This document shows, piece after piece, positions 38,398-52,104 of a stretch of DNA of 64,000 nucleotides. The translations under genes and the position numbers were made by a program. Where the stretch lies: assembly GCA_002633005.1 (NCBI GenBank), contig NMRA01000505.1:27197-91196 (forward strand), written 5' to 3'. Source of the DNA: Phoronis australis (Eukaryota; Animalia; Phoronida). Position 1 is the stretch's first letter. Each line of letters begins with the position of its first letter. The notes under the pieces were generated by a model that did not search any database, was not told the DNA's origin, and saw nothing but the letters and a program-made list of their open reading frames with translations.

Positions 38398-39451
38398 TGT
38401 GGCCGGTTCGCCCCCACGCTTGCCGACGTACTTGTTTACCGGCTTAACCACAATGCAACATTCTGACCCATTTCCAATATGGCGGCGTTGCAACTCCGCT
38501 ATTCAGTCCAAGTTTTTCAGTGGTCCATAGGCGGTGCACTACAGGGGGGCTGAGGGGGCTTTAGCCCCCACTTTTTTCAGTGCTGCACCCTATATACACC
38601 TCCGACATGACACTGCCAACTACTCACGAGGGGAAGTTGAGCCTCCAAATTCATCAAAAACACAAAACATTCGTGCACAGCACAGAAGCTGTCTTGTCAG
38701 AAATGGAGATGCGTCACTGAACTTAGTTGCAAAATTCGATCCATCATCAGACCACCGTATCGCAAAGAAGGACACTTAACGATAACAGTGATATTCATGA
38801 ATGTATTGAATTAAAAACTAGACTAAAGAAATTCAAAAATTTACAAACCGTAGATCGGATCGAAAAAGAAGGTCAAGTCATTGCTCATAAATTTGGAAAG
38901 GTTGTCTTTGCATTTCCTTGATGCTTGTAGTTCCCAGTAGTATTGTGCAATGAATTTAGGTTCTTTTAAACCGAATCCTTTGCTTGACATTCCCGTGCAT
39001 ACTGCAAAGGCTGGACACGTCGTGACTCAGTGACGCACCCACGTTAAAAATAAGGTGTAGTCATGCAGTAGGCTGCCCGCATAGAATCCGCGCTCAGTGA
39101 TTGACGGGAAAAGAACTTGAACTGCAGGGGTTGAAGTGTCTGCATTTTTGGGACACGCGTTCCATAGCATTTTCCCCATCCGCCCAGCAGAAGCTGGACC
39201 AGTGGCCGTGTTTCAACAAGGAATTTTGATACAGCTCTATAGGCCAAGGATTTCGGGATAGCATCTTTCAAAAAATCTTCAGGAAATGACCGTATTAAAA
39301 TGCACTTTTTTCTGAAACTGGGTCAAACAAAACGACCTTGGAGCCAGTTTAGCCGCACGTCTCAAATGAATCATAGCAGTGCTGACCCGCGAGTTTGTCG
39401 AATTGCGCATGCATGGATCACACTTCCCAGGGATAATTCTTGTTGGAGGTT

Positions 39452-39680
39452 TGGCGTAATTATTTGCAGCGTAAAGTAATTATTTGTGGCATAAAGTAAC
39501 TTCATGACGTAAAGTAATTATTTGCAGTGTAAAGTAATTACTTGCGGCGTAAAGTAACTTTTAGGGCCGCAAATACTTACTTTACGCCGTAATGTAACAA
39601 TTACTTTACGTCATGAGTAATTACTTTATGCCGCAGATAATTAGATTACTTTACGCCATAAATGATTACTTCATGCCTCT
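39452..39680. repeat. Fold-back array of short repeats
   Basis: About 6 copies of (c)gtaaagtaa followed by about 5 copies of the inverted ttacttta(c)g, centred near 39567. Confidence 0.8.
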
Positions 39681-41843
39681 AACAAGAATTAACGTAGGCA
39701 TGTAATTTAACGGCGTAACGTTGACCCATTTGGCCAAGGATAATATTGATGATAGTGGTGTAGCAACTACGCACGTTCAATGCCAATGAATGACGTAAAG
39801 TCTCCTCTAATCGTCTGCACGATTCTGTCTTCTGTGCAAAGACCACTCGGGCCAAGTTGGGCCCTGGGGCAAGATCGGGCCCGATGATTACGCGAAGCAC
39901 TTTGAATCAGAAGCAATAATTCTTCTAAATTAGTTATAATTTCAGTTAGTAGTACCAGTAGCTGCAAAAATTTTGTTGCTGTTGTTGTTGTCCATCTATA
40001 TCCTATTTCTAACAGATAGGCTGGGGCTGGACCTTTTTGGTGGGGGGCGAATTCGATGGAATTCCCTGAAGACCCTGACTACGGGCCTGCTGTGCAAAAT
40101 ATGTTAGTTTTGAGGTGTGGTTTCTGCTCATATACTTGCCCTGCACTAGTCTCTTAGGGTCTACTTACTCTAAATGTGGCCAAAATGAGCCGCTTTTCCA
40201 TGTCTAGCCATCTGCAGGCAAAACGTGAAAGTGCTCGGTAATGATTGTTTGTAGCAGAAAGGCATAAGAAAAGGTGATGGAAGCTGTGTGTGAGCAAGTG
40301 TTTCCCAACCAGTCATTTTATGTTGTTTCACTTGATGTTGGCCTTTGCCTCATATCTGCTTTGTGTTAGTGTATTTGAGTGAGGACTGTTATAAGATCTA
40401 AGTTTGACAAATACCGTACTCGTCCGCGTTACCGCCCAGGGTGCTTAAATTGGGAATCGAAAAAAAAACCAGGGTGGGTGGTAAGCTGAGCATGGGCGGT
40501 TAAAATCTAACTACCAGTGCGTCCCCTAGTGGCAATTTTAGTTTTTTACGCTTACCTCTGTATCTTTGGAAGTCCTCAACGTATTTTCATAAAATTTGGA
40601 GCATAGGCATCTATTAGTGAGATGAAACTTTGCTCTAGTTTCAGATGGATTCGACATAGTTTGCGCCTCTTATTTGCCATTTTTACTGTTTTCGAGTCTG
40701 TTTTTTGACGTCCACCTCGCTATCAACCAAACCGCTCTGAGGATGATTGCGAAAATTGGCATGTAATGTTCTTACCATGAAGAGGATGGCTTTCGATGAT
40801 TTTCCTACGACTTCGACTGTGGCTCCTCCTAGTGGCAGTTTTTTTGCGCCCATGGCTGTATCTCCTAATCTGTTTGCAGGATCTTTACTAAATTTAGCAT
40901 GTGTATTTAGATGATGTTGACAACGGACAGTGACAACTTTCGCACGGATCGAACTACCAGTGCGTCCCCTAGGGGCAATTTTAGTTTTTACGCTTACCTC
41001 TGTATCTTCTGAAGTCCTCAACGCATTTTTATAAAATTTAGAATACAGGCATCTATTAGTGAGATGAAACTATCCTCTCATTTTTGGTTGGATTCGACGT
41101 AGTTTGCTCCACCTAGTGGCCATTTCCACTGTTTTCGAGTCTTTTTTGGCTTCCACTCCTCTATCAACCAAACTCTTCTAAGGATGATTGTGAAAATAAC
41201 CATGTAGTTACCATGAAGAGGATGCCTGACAACGACTTTCTGACGATTTCGACTAATGTGACACCTAGTAGCTGGGTTTTTTTTGCGCCCATGGTTTTAT
41301 CTTCTAAACAGTTTGCAGGATCTTTTTGATATCGAACGACGACAACAACTTTCGCATGAATCTGACCACCAGTGTCCCCCTAGTGGCAATTTCCGTTTTT
41401 TATGTTTATCCCTGTATATTAAAAGGACCTCAACAGAGTTTCATAAAATTTGGAATATAGGCATGTATTGTTGCGGTTACGCTATCCTCCCATTTTCGTA
41501 TGAATTCAAAGTATTTTTGCGCCACCTAGTTGTCATGTTTACTGTTTTCGAGTCTTTTTTTTGACGTTCACCCCTCTAAGTATGATTTTGAAAATTGGCA
41601 TGTATTCAGTGTGAAAAGGACAGTTACCCTGACAAGTTAGGTTACTGGCGTACCTCCTAGTGGGAGTTTTGTTTTGTTTGCGGCCATAGCTTTATCTTCT
41701 AAACCCACTGCAGGATCTTTATATTAAATTTAGTAAGTGTTTTCATATGAAGCTAACTATAGACTATGACTTTGAGGTGGACGCTGTGTCCCCTATTGGC
41801 AAGTTCACGCTTTCCTTTGTTTCTTTGAAGTTCCTTGATAGAT

Positions 41844-44800
41844 TTTTATGCGTCCACGTATAAATACCGTCATCTCCGTCCGTCCGGCGTCACGCGTCTG
41901 GCGTCCGCTGCTCTATCTCCAAAACCCTTTGACATACGTTCATGAAATTTAGCACATATGTTCCTTTCATGGATGGGACGGCATGAGGGAGCTTACGGAT
42001 GGATCTGAAAACCGATGTGCCCCCTTAGTGACAATTTTAGTTTTTTATGCTTACCTTTGTATCTTCAAAAGTCCTGAACGGATTTTCATAAAATGTAGCA
42101 TATAGACATCTATTGGTGAGGTGACGCTATTCTTCTAATCTCAGATGAATTCGACGAAGTTTGCGCCACCTAGTGGCCAGTTTTGCTGTTTTCGAGTCTG
42201 TTTTTTGGTGTCCCCCCTCTATCAACCAAACCGCTCTAAGGATGATTGTCAAAATTGGCATGTATGTTTTAACTATGACGAGGGCGACTGACGATGATTT
42301 TCCAAAGATTTCGTCTACTGTGGCGCATCCTAGTGGCAGTTTTTTTGTGTGCTTATGGCTATATCTCCTAAAGCGCTTGTAGGATCTTTACTAAAATTTG
42401 TAAGAGCATTTATATGATGATGACAACGGACGACAACAACTTTCAGACAGATCTGACTACTGGTATGCCAGCTAGTGGCAATTTTATTTTTTTACGTTTA
42501 CCTCTATATCTTCAAAGGTCCTCAATGTGTTTTCATAAAATTCGGTGTATAGGCTTCTGTTAGTGAGGTGACGCTATCTTTCCATTTTCAGACAGATTTG
42601 ACCTAGTGTGGGCCATCAAGTGGCCATATTTACTGTTTTTGAATTTTGTTTGGCGTCCACTCCTCTATCAACCAAACCGGTGTGAAAATTGGCATGTGTG
42701 TTTTCACTATGAAGTGGACAGGTGACGATGATTTTCTGATGACTTCATTTACAGGATCTTTACTAAATTTTACAAGTATGTTGATATGATGTTGACTACG
42801 GAGGACGACGATTTTCAGATGGATCTGACTACCAGTATGTCCCCCGGTGACAATTTTAGTTTTATGTTTGCCTGTGTATCTTCAAAGGTCCTCAACAGAT
42901 TTTCATAAAATTTTGAATACGGGGATCTATTGGTGAGATGGCACTATCCTCCCATTTTCGGATGTATTCAAGGTATTTTGCGGCACCTAGTGGCCGTTTT
43001 AGGTGTTTTCGCTTCTGTTTTTTGACGTCTATCCCTCAACCAAATCATTCTAAGGATGGGTTTGAAAATTGGCGCATATGTTCTCAGTCTTAAGAGGACT
43101 GTTGACGATGACAACTTTGACTACAGTGGTGCCTCCTAGTGGTAGCTTTGTTTTGTTTTGCGCCCATAGCTGTATCTCCTATACCCGCTGCAGGATCTTC
43201 AGTGTTATCCACAATGCCAGTTCCAAACTCCACGCAAATTTCTAGAGTTCAATATCAGTACTCAACACTGTATTTTCTCTAGTCTGTAGCCTTAACATCT
43301 CCACTGGAGGTATTTATATAAGCTTTAAAAATGTACACTGAACTGGTCAGGTGTGACCTACTTTTTGACATTTTGTAGGGGCCTACACGTGAAAACAAAA
43401 TCGTGTTCATTCAACTGACGACTGTCTCACGAATAAAAAACTTGTTGTTAAAAGCACGTGGCCAAGAAGCGCGCGCCACATACCTGTCACTTGTGATAGC
43501 AGACATTACTCTTCACGAACTATCCATGAAACTACGGGTAGCCTGTCCAGAAATAAACATTGGCACTACTTTCAGAAAGTTTCTAATGCCGTAAAAACTG
43601 TTGCGTTATTTTTAAGAGGGATTGATTTATTAATCACTTGTTTAATGTATTCATAATTGGTGTTTTTAACGTAAAATACCTGACAAAATACCCCACAGAT
43701 AGTGGACACCTCCCCCCCCCGAATCTCCCGGAAAATAACTTGGACTGTCACACTCCCGTCACCCAGCGACTCAATGTCATTTGGCCTTAGATCCTACCCA
43801 CACAATTCTCGCACACTGGTTGTGTTATTTCTTTAGTTACAATGCACACCTAAATCGTTAGGCCTACATTGCGTTTACTCTGGCAAATGAAGGCTGATGA
43901 CACGCACACGCTCGCTCACTCACACACGCAGACGATCTTCAAAACAAAGGTTACGTGACTACGACGTGTGTGCTTCCAGAGATTGTTTCATGTTGCTGGG
44001 TACGATCTTGCGCAGAGCCAGATTTGTTCTTAATACCAACTCCACGGGAACTTAAACTGAAATCTTTAATTGGTAATTTGTTGAGACGAAACTATATTTT
44101 AACTCAAGGTGCCCTGTCGACGATCACGGGGCAGCAGCGCATCGGCAAGTTTTCATCCTTGGATTTCGAGACAATTTTCTGTAAAATGATCATAATTTAA
44201 CAAAGAAATTTGATAGCAATGTGCCACCGTTTTGTAGAAAGTCTGTCTTTGGCTACAGATACATCACGTACCATAAATTTGATGAATCCTAGCTTCAGAT
44301 TTTACCTGTTTTGGAGACCGTGTTTCAACCGCCTTGGGTAACAATATTCAATAAGCGCCTCCCCCTGAAACGAATTTCACTAATCACCCCCGACACTTTA
44401 TTACGGGGAATACGGTACTGTTAACTGCCTCTTAGTAAAATGAACTGTGTTTACTGTTGGAAAAATCAGGCCTGATTAGATGCTGGGGGCTGAAGTACCT
44501 AGCCAGCCAAAATTTTAAACCTGGCGCGGCAATTTTTTAACTTGACGCGCTTTCCCTGAGCTCAACATGGCAAAATCCAAACTCGTTATCGCGTCGAGTC
44601 AAAACAGGTCGTGGAGAACACCTAACTTCATTAAATTTAATTAGCAAGTGTATTTATATGAAGCTAACAACAAACAATGATGACTTTCAGGCGGATCCAA
44701 TGAACAGTGAGCCCCCTAGTGGCAATTTCATTTTATTCTGTTTTCCTTTGTTTCTGTGAAGTTCCATGAAGGATTTCTACAAAATTTGGTGTTTTGCTTT

Positions 44801-44928
44801 CCATTTAAGAAGCAAAAAAATGTTCCCATTTTCGGATGGCCATTGTATGACACAAATAAACAACCCTAAAAGCACACCGTTTGCGATGCATTCTTGGGTA
44901 CATTTCAACGCTACGTGTTGCTCTTGTT
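41844..44928 (+). mobile_element. Inner HINE inserted in the outer HINE
   Basis: New 5' end tttttatgcgtccac...ccgtccgtcc, and its own 3' end gggtacatttcaacgctacgtgttgctcttgtt. Confidence 0.75.
43200..44623. mobile_element. hAT-like MITE inside the inner HINE, itself containing a CCGTATTC MITE fragment (about 43380-44415, minus strand)
   Basis: atctt|cagtgttatccac ... gtggagaacacct|aactt. The HINE sequence gcaggatctt-cattaaattt resumes afterwards. The inner MITE ends gaatacgg|ta at 44415. Confidence 0.62.
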
Positions 44929-45475
44929 ATGAAACTTGGTTAGTAGCTTTATGACATATACCAGTTTTCCTATGGATTTGACGTATTTTGTACCATCTAG
45001 TGGACATTGTTATTGGTACAAATAAACATCCACAGAGGCAAACCATTTGTGGTGCATTTGTGGGCACATTTCAACGCTCCGCATTACTCTTGTTGTGAAT
45101 AAGGTTTGAGGTATCATGCTATGCAAAAATGTTCAGTGCCCCTCTATAGTCATGTGGCAGATTTTGTTTTGCAGTGTGTGTATCTACATGCTCATGTCAA
45201 TTTCTACAATTGCAGACAAAGGGTGGTGTTTGCATTATCTTTAGGCCCCTATGTTCTCATAGGGCTCTCTGACTGTCTAATTTGTAATAACCTCCCTTGT
45301 GCGGTGCTGTACTGTGCTATGCTATGCTGTGCTATGCTATGGTGTGCTGTTTGTCTCACCAAGTGGGCAAGTCCATTTAGTTTTTTGCAAGGGGTGTTGG
45401 GTTGTGTTGTGAGAATAAGTACCTGTGAGTATCAGGGAATATGGTGTTTTCCTTTCTCACACACTGACTGATCAC

Positions 45476-45533
45476 ATGGGCCACTGTAAGACTGATAGTG
45501 TGGATAAAGGATGGGCATGGGCTGTCTGCTTAG
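45476..45533 (+). CDS. Monocarboxylate transporter (SLC16/MCT, MFS) first recognisable coding exon
   Basis: MGHCKTDSVDKGWAWAVCL G|gtacaa. This matches the MCT N-terminal DGGWGW motif. Phase 1 fits the next exon. Confidence 0.85.
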
Positions 45534-46092
45534 GTACAAATAACAGTCTGATTATGAATTGAATTAGGATTCACCATAATTACTTGTTAAATTTGTTGAA
45601 CTGTGAAACCATTGTGTTTGATTCGTTTTATTTCTATTTGTATTTTGGTTGCGATAGCAATGGCTGATGGATAGAATGTCTCAAAGCTGCTTTTAGTTGC
45701 TGTTCAAGTTAACTGCAATTAACTTGTCATTCCTGTTAAGTAGATGTCAAATTGTAACTGTGACTAATTTTAATCAGATGTGACTGCACATGACTCAATC
45801 TTGTGATTTGCTCTTCACTGTGTGCATGTGTGCCAGCTAAGTGTATCTGACTTCATGGTAGTCGCGCATCTTAGTTGAGATATAATGCGCAAACTGAATC
45901 TTACTTTTAGTTGGACACTGTACAAGGTGAGTCAGGAGTTGTGCCTGATCAGTCATTGTGTTAATGTCTGACCTTGTCATGGATTCTAAGTGGGTCAGAG
46001 ATTGAATCGATATACCGCCATTACCGAATCAAAAAACATTTAAAGAATTGTATATTCTAAAATGTCCGGAAATCATGGAGCCGTGAAGCCTT

Positions 46093-46333
46093 TGTGTCAA
46101 TAGAAACCTGTTGTGTATTGTGACCATAGTTCTTAGGGTTCACAAAATGTATGTGTCAACAGAAGGCTGTCAGTATTGTGACCATAGTTCTTAGGGTTCA
46201 CAAAATGTATGTGTCAACAGAAGGCTGTCAGTATTGTGACCATAGTTCTTAGGGTTCACAAAATATATGTGTCAACAGAAGGCTGTCAGTATTGTGACCA
46301 TAGTTCTTAGGGTTCACAAAATGTATGTGTCAA
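46093..46333. repeat. 58-bp minisatellite, about 4 copies
   Basis: gtattgtgacc at 46115, 46173, 46231 and 46289. Confidence 0.95.
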
Positions 46334-47944
46334 GATTTGCTAACTGGCCATCGCCATTGTCTTGAAATGGAGAAAAGCTTAGCAAGGACAAGAGCTGGTA
46401 TCAAGCAGTTTCACACGGGCATTGGTGACTGCCAAGGGAAGAAATTGCTCAGAGCATTTTTAACAATTTTTAATTTAAGTTTTCAACAATACAGGGGGAA
46501 ACATTTGCATGGTCCCTGGACTGTCAGGCACTCGTTGAGTATGTGTACTGTCTGCTCCAGTGCCCCAGTTCTTTCCTCTGCTCTGACTCTGCCTTGTCAC
46601 CAATATAATGTAATCTTATGAGGGACATCCCATTGTTTGATTAAGTTAAAGTTAACTAATTTATTTAAGCTATTTGACATCTGATGACATTGAAGTTCTG
46701 CCGCTTTATCAGCCCGTCAGCCTCTGGCTTTGTGCTGGATTCTTCTTCACAGTGAGAAATGTAACATGATGTCCTACATCCAAGGATAGCTTTGCATTTT
46801 TTCATAGGCCATTATTTACTACACCCCCTCTGTACAGCAATGGAATGCAGTCTGCTGTAAACTTTTTAAAATAAGTTCAAGCTATTATGGACACAAATGT
46901 TTAATGGATTATTTGCAAGATTGGGGGGTTGGGAAAAAATGAAATAATATCCTCCCTTTTAAGGGTGTAATGATGAATGGGTCATGTCTTTGATCTAATT
47001 AAGTTGTAAAGGTATGCCTGTATAGCCATATTAAGCTTGTGGTTTTAGATTATTTTTTACACTACACGTCACTAAATATTTTGTGTGCTTGCAACATGTC
47101 TCTGGCACTAATGGGCACATTATACTCTCAACTGCATTTGATTAGGTAGTAAGTTTGTTCATAGATTTTTGATGATAGTTTCAAACAACTAAACAGAAAG
47201 TGAGATTAAATAGGTCCTTACCCACAAGTCTGTGTGTTTAGTCAGATATACAAAACTATGCATTTGCCAGTATTTTGAAGGAGAAAGTCTGTACAATTTG
47301 CTTTGTGACTTTATAATAATCTGCCATTAACTAGGTCAACTCTCCACATCTTATAAAATGTTCGTAAAACAGAAATTGCAATGTATATCTCTTGCAACAT
47401 AATGACACCACTAATGTTAAAAACTCAGAAATGCTGTTAACAGTTTTCTATGTTACCTTTTTCATTTTCGTATTAGGCAACATGTCATTTTTCTCGTACA
47501 AATCATAGATGCTGTTTTGGTAGCAGCCCCTCATGCAAAAGTGGAAAGTGTGAAGTTCAAACACTGTCCAGTGTTTGGGAGAACAGTGCATTTCTGACCT
47601 GTCTCAAAAATTGAGGTACACCCTGTGGAGCGCGGTGCCAATTCTCTTAAGTCCAGTGTTCTCCACAACTGTATGAGAACGCTAACAAATGTGTGAGGAG
47701 TCAGCAGCAGCTTATGTTCTCTGTAGTGCCTATTCACTTACATTTTGTGACACGTTGAGAATTTATTCTGGTTAGTGGGATATGGCCAGTTCTTGTGTGA
47801 TTATAAACCAAGGTGATTTCATTGGTGAACCGGACTGAGAAGAGACACTTAGAGGAAAAGGTGATACAAGTGTCTTGATCAGTTCACTGCAGAGAACAAA
47901 TACTACATGAGAATCGGCGAAACTCCGTGCAGAATACAGGGTAA

Positions 47945-49311
47945 GGTTATCCCAAACCTTATTTAGTAGCCTCCATTCTAACTCGTACATCTAAAAAACT
48001 AAGCTTTGTGATCCAGTAAAAGTATATATTTTCTGAAAGGAAAAAGACCTGGGAATATAGAAATGTGTTTTGTATGTATGTATCATTATTACTGCGTTAA
48101 GACCTTTTTTAAGTCGAAATTTCATTTTTAAGAAAGGTACATTCATAGCAAAATAACACCTCGGTCGATTGTGATGAAAACTTTTTTAAATGAAAACTTC
48201 ACCAGTTACCTCAAAATTGCTGTTAGAAATGTTTGATTATTCCTTTTGTTTGGTTTCTATGAAAAATCAAATCGCACAACGTAAGGAATTTTTGTAAAAA
48301 AATAGAAGTCGTATTCATCTTTGTTACATTACGCAAAAACTAGGCCTTTTTATCGCAAATCTTAACATGGTTTTTGAGAGTGATGAATAAATATTAAACT
48401 GTTTTCTAGAACTCTTGTTCCTTAGTTCAAGTAAAATCGATTTGCCGAAGCCAAGAAAAAACCGATTAAACTGGGACGAGTGAAAATCTCAAAGTATTCG
48501 GCTAATTATTGGATGAAAACTTGTTTTCGGTGAATATAACCTTTACATGCATTAACCATGTATGTTATTTCAACATTCAGTCGCAATGTCAACTGAATTT
48601 GCAGTGTATAATTAACTTAATTATCATTAAAACATACGGTCCTCAGCCACGACCGTTAGTGTTACTTGACCTATTTAAAAGTAGGTCACAGTTCACTGCC
48701 AATAACATAATCTGTGCCGGGAGACTGATACGAAACCAAGTAAGAAAGAGATAAAAAAGTAGAGTGGATGGTTAAAGCATGTCGTTAGCATGAGATCGAA
48801 ACAGTGAAATGTCAATTTACTTATTGAATTTAGGAATTTGGGTGAGAATTTATCTCATTTCACAACTTGCTGTGTTCATGCCCACAGAGATGTGAGGCGA
48901 CTCGTAGCATTCGTTCTCAACAGTAATATACATGTAGATGCACAACTCCCTTAGGATCAAAACTACATTTTGTCTTTGTTTTCCCCGGTATCGTTCTATC
49001 GTAAGTACATCTCGTTGACTTTATTATGGCGACTCGGTGGATGAAAGGACGGAGGGTACATACGAAGCTACTCTGTACCTGGCGGGAGATTTGATTTTAT
49101 TGGCTGCCTTGTAACCTTTGACCTTGAATAAGAAGTAAACAAATATCCACACAGTTGTGTGGTCCCAAGGTGCTTCTGCTAAGTCTTTTTTCTCGCTGCA
49201 GGCTATAAATTTTGAATTTGAAGTTCTCTGAGAATGAAGATGAGATATTTTGCTAGAGACGGGAAATATTGTAAAAATGACCAATTTTTGTGATTAAGGT
49301 TTGAGATATCC
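47945..49311. mobile_element. Second non-autonomous Kolobok-like family
   Basis: gtaa|ggttatcccaaacctta ... taaggtttgagatatcc|ttaa, with subterminal tatattttctgaaagg. Confidence 0.65.
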
Positions 49312-52104
49312 TTAATATGGCTCAGTTTGAAGGAATATGTAGAGCGAGACAATGAGATACATTAGAATCGACCAATGATATGAGATGAACTTATAAGAAT
49401 AGCGCAATTCTAAGAACAGGAATTATTGTTAATTAATTAGCCAAGAACACCAACTGAACAACAACTCAAAAGTTAGGTAATGCAATGACCTACCTAGTCA
49501 ATGTACAAACACCAGGAAAATTTAAAACACAATGTGAAACTGAGTATAAGCTTAATTAAAAGTTGTAGACATTGTTATTGTTAATCCATTGTGATTAATT
49601 CTGCTCTTGAAAATCTCAGGCTTGTCCTGTTTCTTAAATAATTAAGATGTAATGTTTTATGCTTTGTTCTTGTTTAAGAAGTGAACAGCTTGATCCTTAT
49701 GCTGGTAATTACCAAGTCAGCACCAGTTCCTACCTAAACTTGTTAAGAGTTATTCACTTATACATAATAGTTTTGTGTCATAAATGGATACTTATTCTCA
49801 GGCCACTGGAGTGCAGTGTAAAACTACAGTTGGTTTTGAAGTGCTTATGCAGATGGTTACATTGATTCACCATAGGTGTAGAGGTATACAATAAGCTTCT
49901 TGCACACCATGTTATTAACATGCAGTAGACATGCACATTAAAGTAGTTTGATTATGTAAAAGTTGAGTAATATTTTAAAAGAGGTTAATATGTTCCAATA
50001 TGGCTTGAAGCTGCTATGATATTAATTTGCAAAAAGTTTTGTTTAATATGACTCACTGATATAGCAATGACTATATGTGCAATTCAAGACAGTGCACCAT
50101 GACTGAATATTGCTTAGTTGGTGACAATGTTGCTCAGGTCTAATAGAATCTTCATTATGATGCTGTAGATATTTTCACCTGTGAACCCTAGCACCTTATT
50201 TGTTTGGGAGGTTACCCTTCCACTCAGTGTTTTGATTGTGGAATGCTGCAGTCCAGAATACTGATCAGCATAATAACATTCATACTGATGAATCATTATA
50301 GTGAAATTTTAATTAAGGCTACAACTCTTCCACAATTATTCAATACTGGAACTATTAATTATTATGACTGAACCATTCCACTTGTTGTTAAAGGATTATC
50401 AACAATATCCCTTTTATGATTTTTCATGAAAAAAACAAGTTGGACAAAAAGAAATGATAATGTCAGGAACTGTAATGTGCGTTTTTTGTGATTTCATCTT
50501 GAGTATTATATCAAATTAAATTTGGTTAATGCCATGTTATTAATACCGTTGATTTGTTATCAATGTATCTTTCTTTTTTGCTTAGTTTTACCAAAAATGC
50601 GTAGTCACGTGACCCAGTTAATGACAGATTGTTAAAAAGTAAGAAGTTAATTCTGCAGTCTTCTCACTTTCATCGAATATATCCTTTTACTGGCAGAGTT
50701 AAAACCTCTAGACTAGAGGTTAAAACTCTACAAAACAACCAACTAGTAGTTGGTAGTTTTGTGGACATTTGGTTAATGCAGACATCAGGATTATAGGGAT
50801 AAAGTCCAACAGAACCTTGAGTGGAACTAATGCAGGCTGATTCCTGGTCTCTGTGATTGCTTGGTCAAATTAGTTTGAAACACAACATATAACGACGATG
50901 TGAATATGAAATAGGTTTAAAATTGTCAGATATTTTTAAGGACAAGTTTTATGGCGAAAATGATCCCCCGCAAATATCTTAACCCTTGTCCTGTAAGTGT
51001 CCTGTTGGGGAATAACACTGCATTATGTGGGCTTGGTGAGCCCCCAGGGTACGCCAGTAGTGCAAAGGTCACCTATTTGCAGAATTTACAAGTTGTCAAT
51101 GAATACAACTGAATTTTGTTTAATGTAGATTATGTTAAAATATTGGTTTAGTTTCTACTCTGCATCAGTTTGGCTGGTTTCAGTCGCCTTCTCTGATTCT
51201 GTCCTGTTTATTTACAGTAGGTAACAAACAGTTGCACTGATATCAGCCATGCAAATGGCTAGTTTAGTCTGGACCCATAGCAGCCAAAAAAAACCCAAAA
51301 CGTTAACAACTCAGATCAAAGCATTAGTTTGCCATTCTGATGCAAATATAGTGTGAAGCCAGTAAGGTCTGATAATGTTTCACTTATCTGACCATGAGCT
51401 TCCAAATGTGTTGGCCACCCTGACCTTTGAAACCTAGCTCTATCGAGCAATATGTTTTTTCTGGCTGAGCAAAAGAGAAGAGATTATTCCAGAATAGGCT
51501 AATTGCTGGACTCATTACACCAATGTATTTTGTGACTACATAATACTACTCATCTTTAGCGTTTGCAATTTTCGTCAGTGCCATAGTCTTTACAAACAAG
51601 GCAGATGCACTGTTTATGAACTAAGGCCTCTCTCAATCTCATATTTCTAAATCTGGTTGTGGAGTGTGGACTTTGAATTGCTACATGTCCTGCTTATACT
51701 GTCAGTAACCACATTTACTTCTATGACCCCACTGTTACACCTCATCACACACACCCTTTAGTCATGTGATATCAATTGGTCATGTGATATCAATTGGTCA
51801 TGTGATATCAATTGGCAAAAAAGGAGTTAGTCACATAATTGAAAGTTACCATTTCCTTCTAACACTGGTGTGAATTAAGAACGGTATGCTAAACCTACAG
51901 TAATTGCTTACCGTGATAGCAGTTGTTTCAGCATTGAATATGATTTCAACCTACAGTGAAGTTAAAGCTTTCCATCCCTGTGATTTTGTTACTTGTTTTT
52001 TGCTTGGAATGAAAATGAAATCTTAACATGCTAAGGAAAGATAGTGTTTTAAATGGTTTTGTAAACTGTCAAAATGCACTTTGTAAGATGTACTTTGACA
52101 CTTT

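Larger units (their letters stand above)
36545..38500 (-). mobile_element. ISL2EU-like non-autonomous DNA transposon
   Basis: Perfect 14-bp TIR AT|agcggagttgcaac ... gttgcaactccgct|AT. A THAP remnant lies near the right end. Confidence 0.72.
40505..45094 (+). mobile_element. Outer HINE (5'-truncated) carrying nested insertions
   Basis: Core repeats at 40505-41843 resume at about 44929. 3' end gtgggcacatttcaacgctccgcattactcttgtt. Confidence 0.72.

Noticed and set aside
38018-38530. 170-aa and 117-aa ORFs as genes
   Set aside because: Off-frame or antisense readings of a THAP pseudogene.
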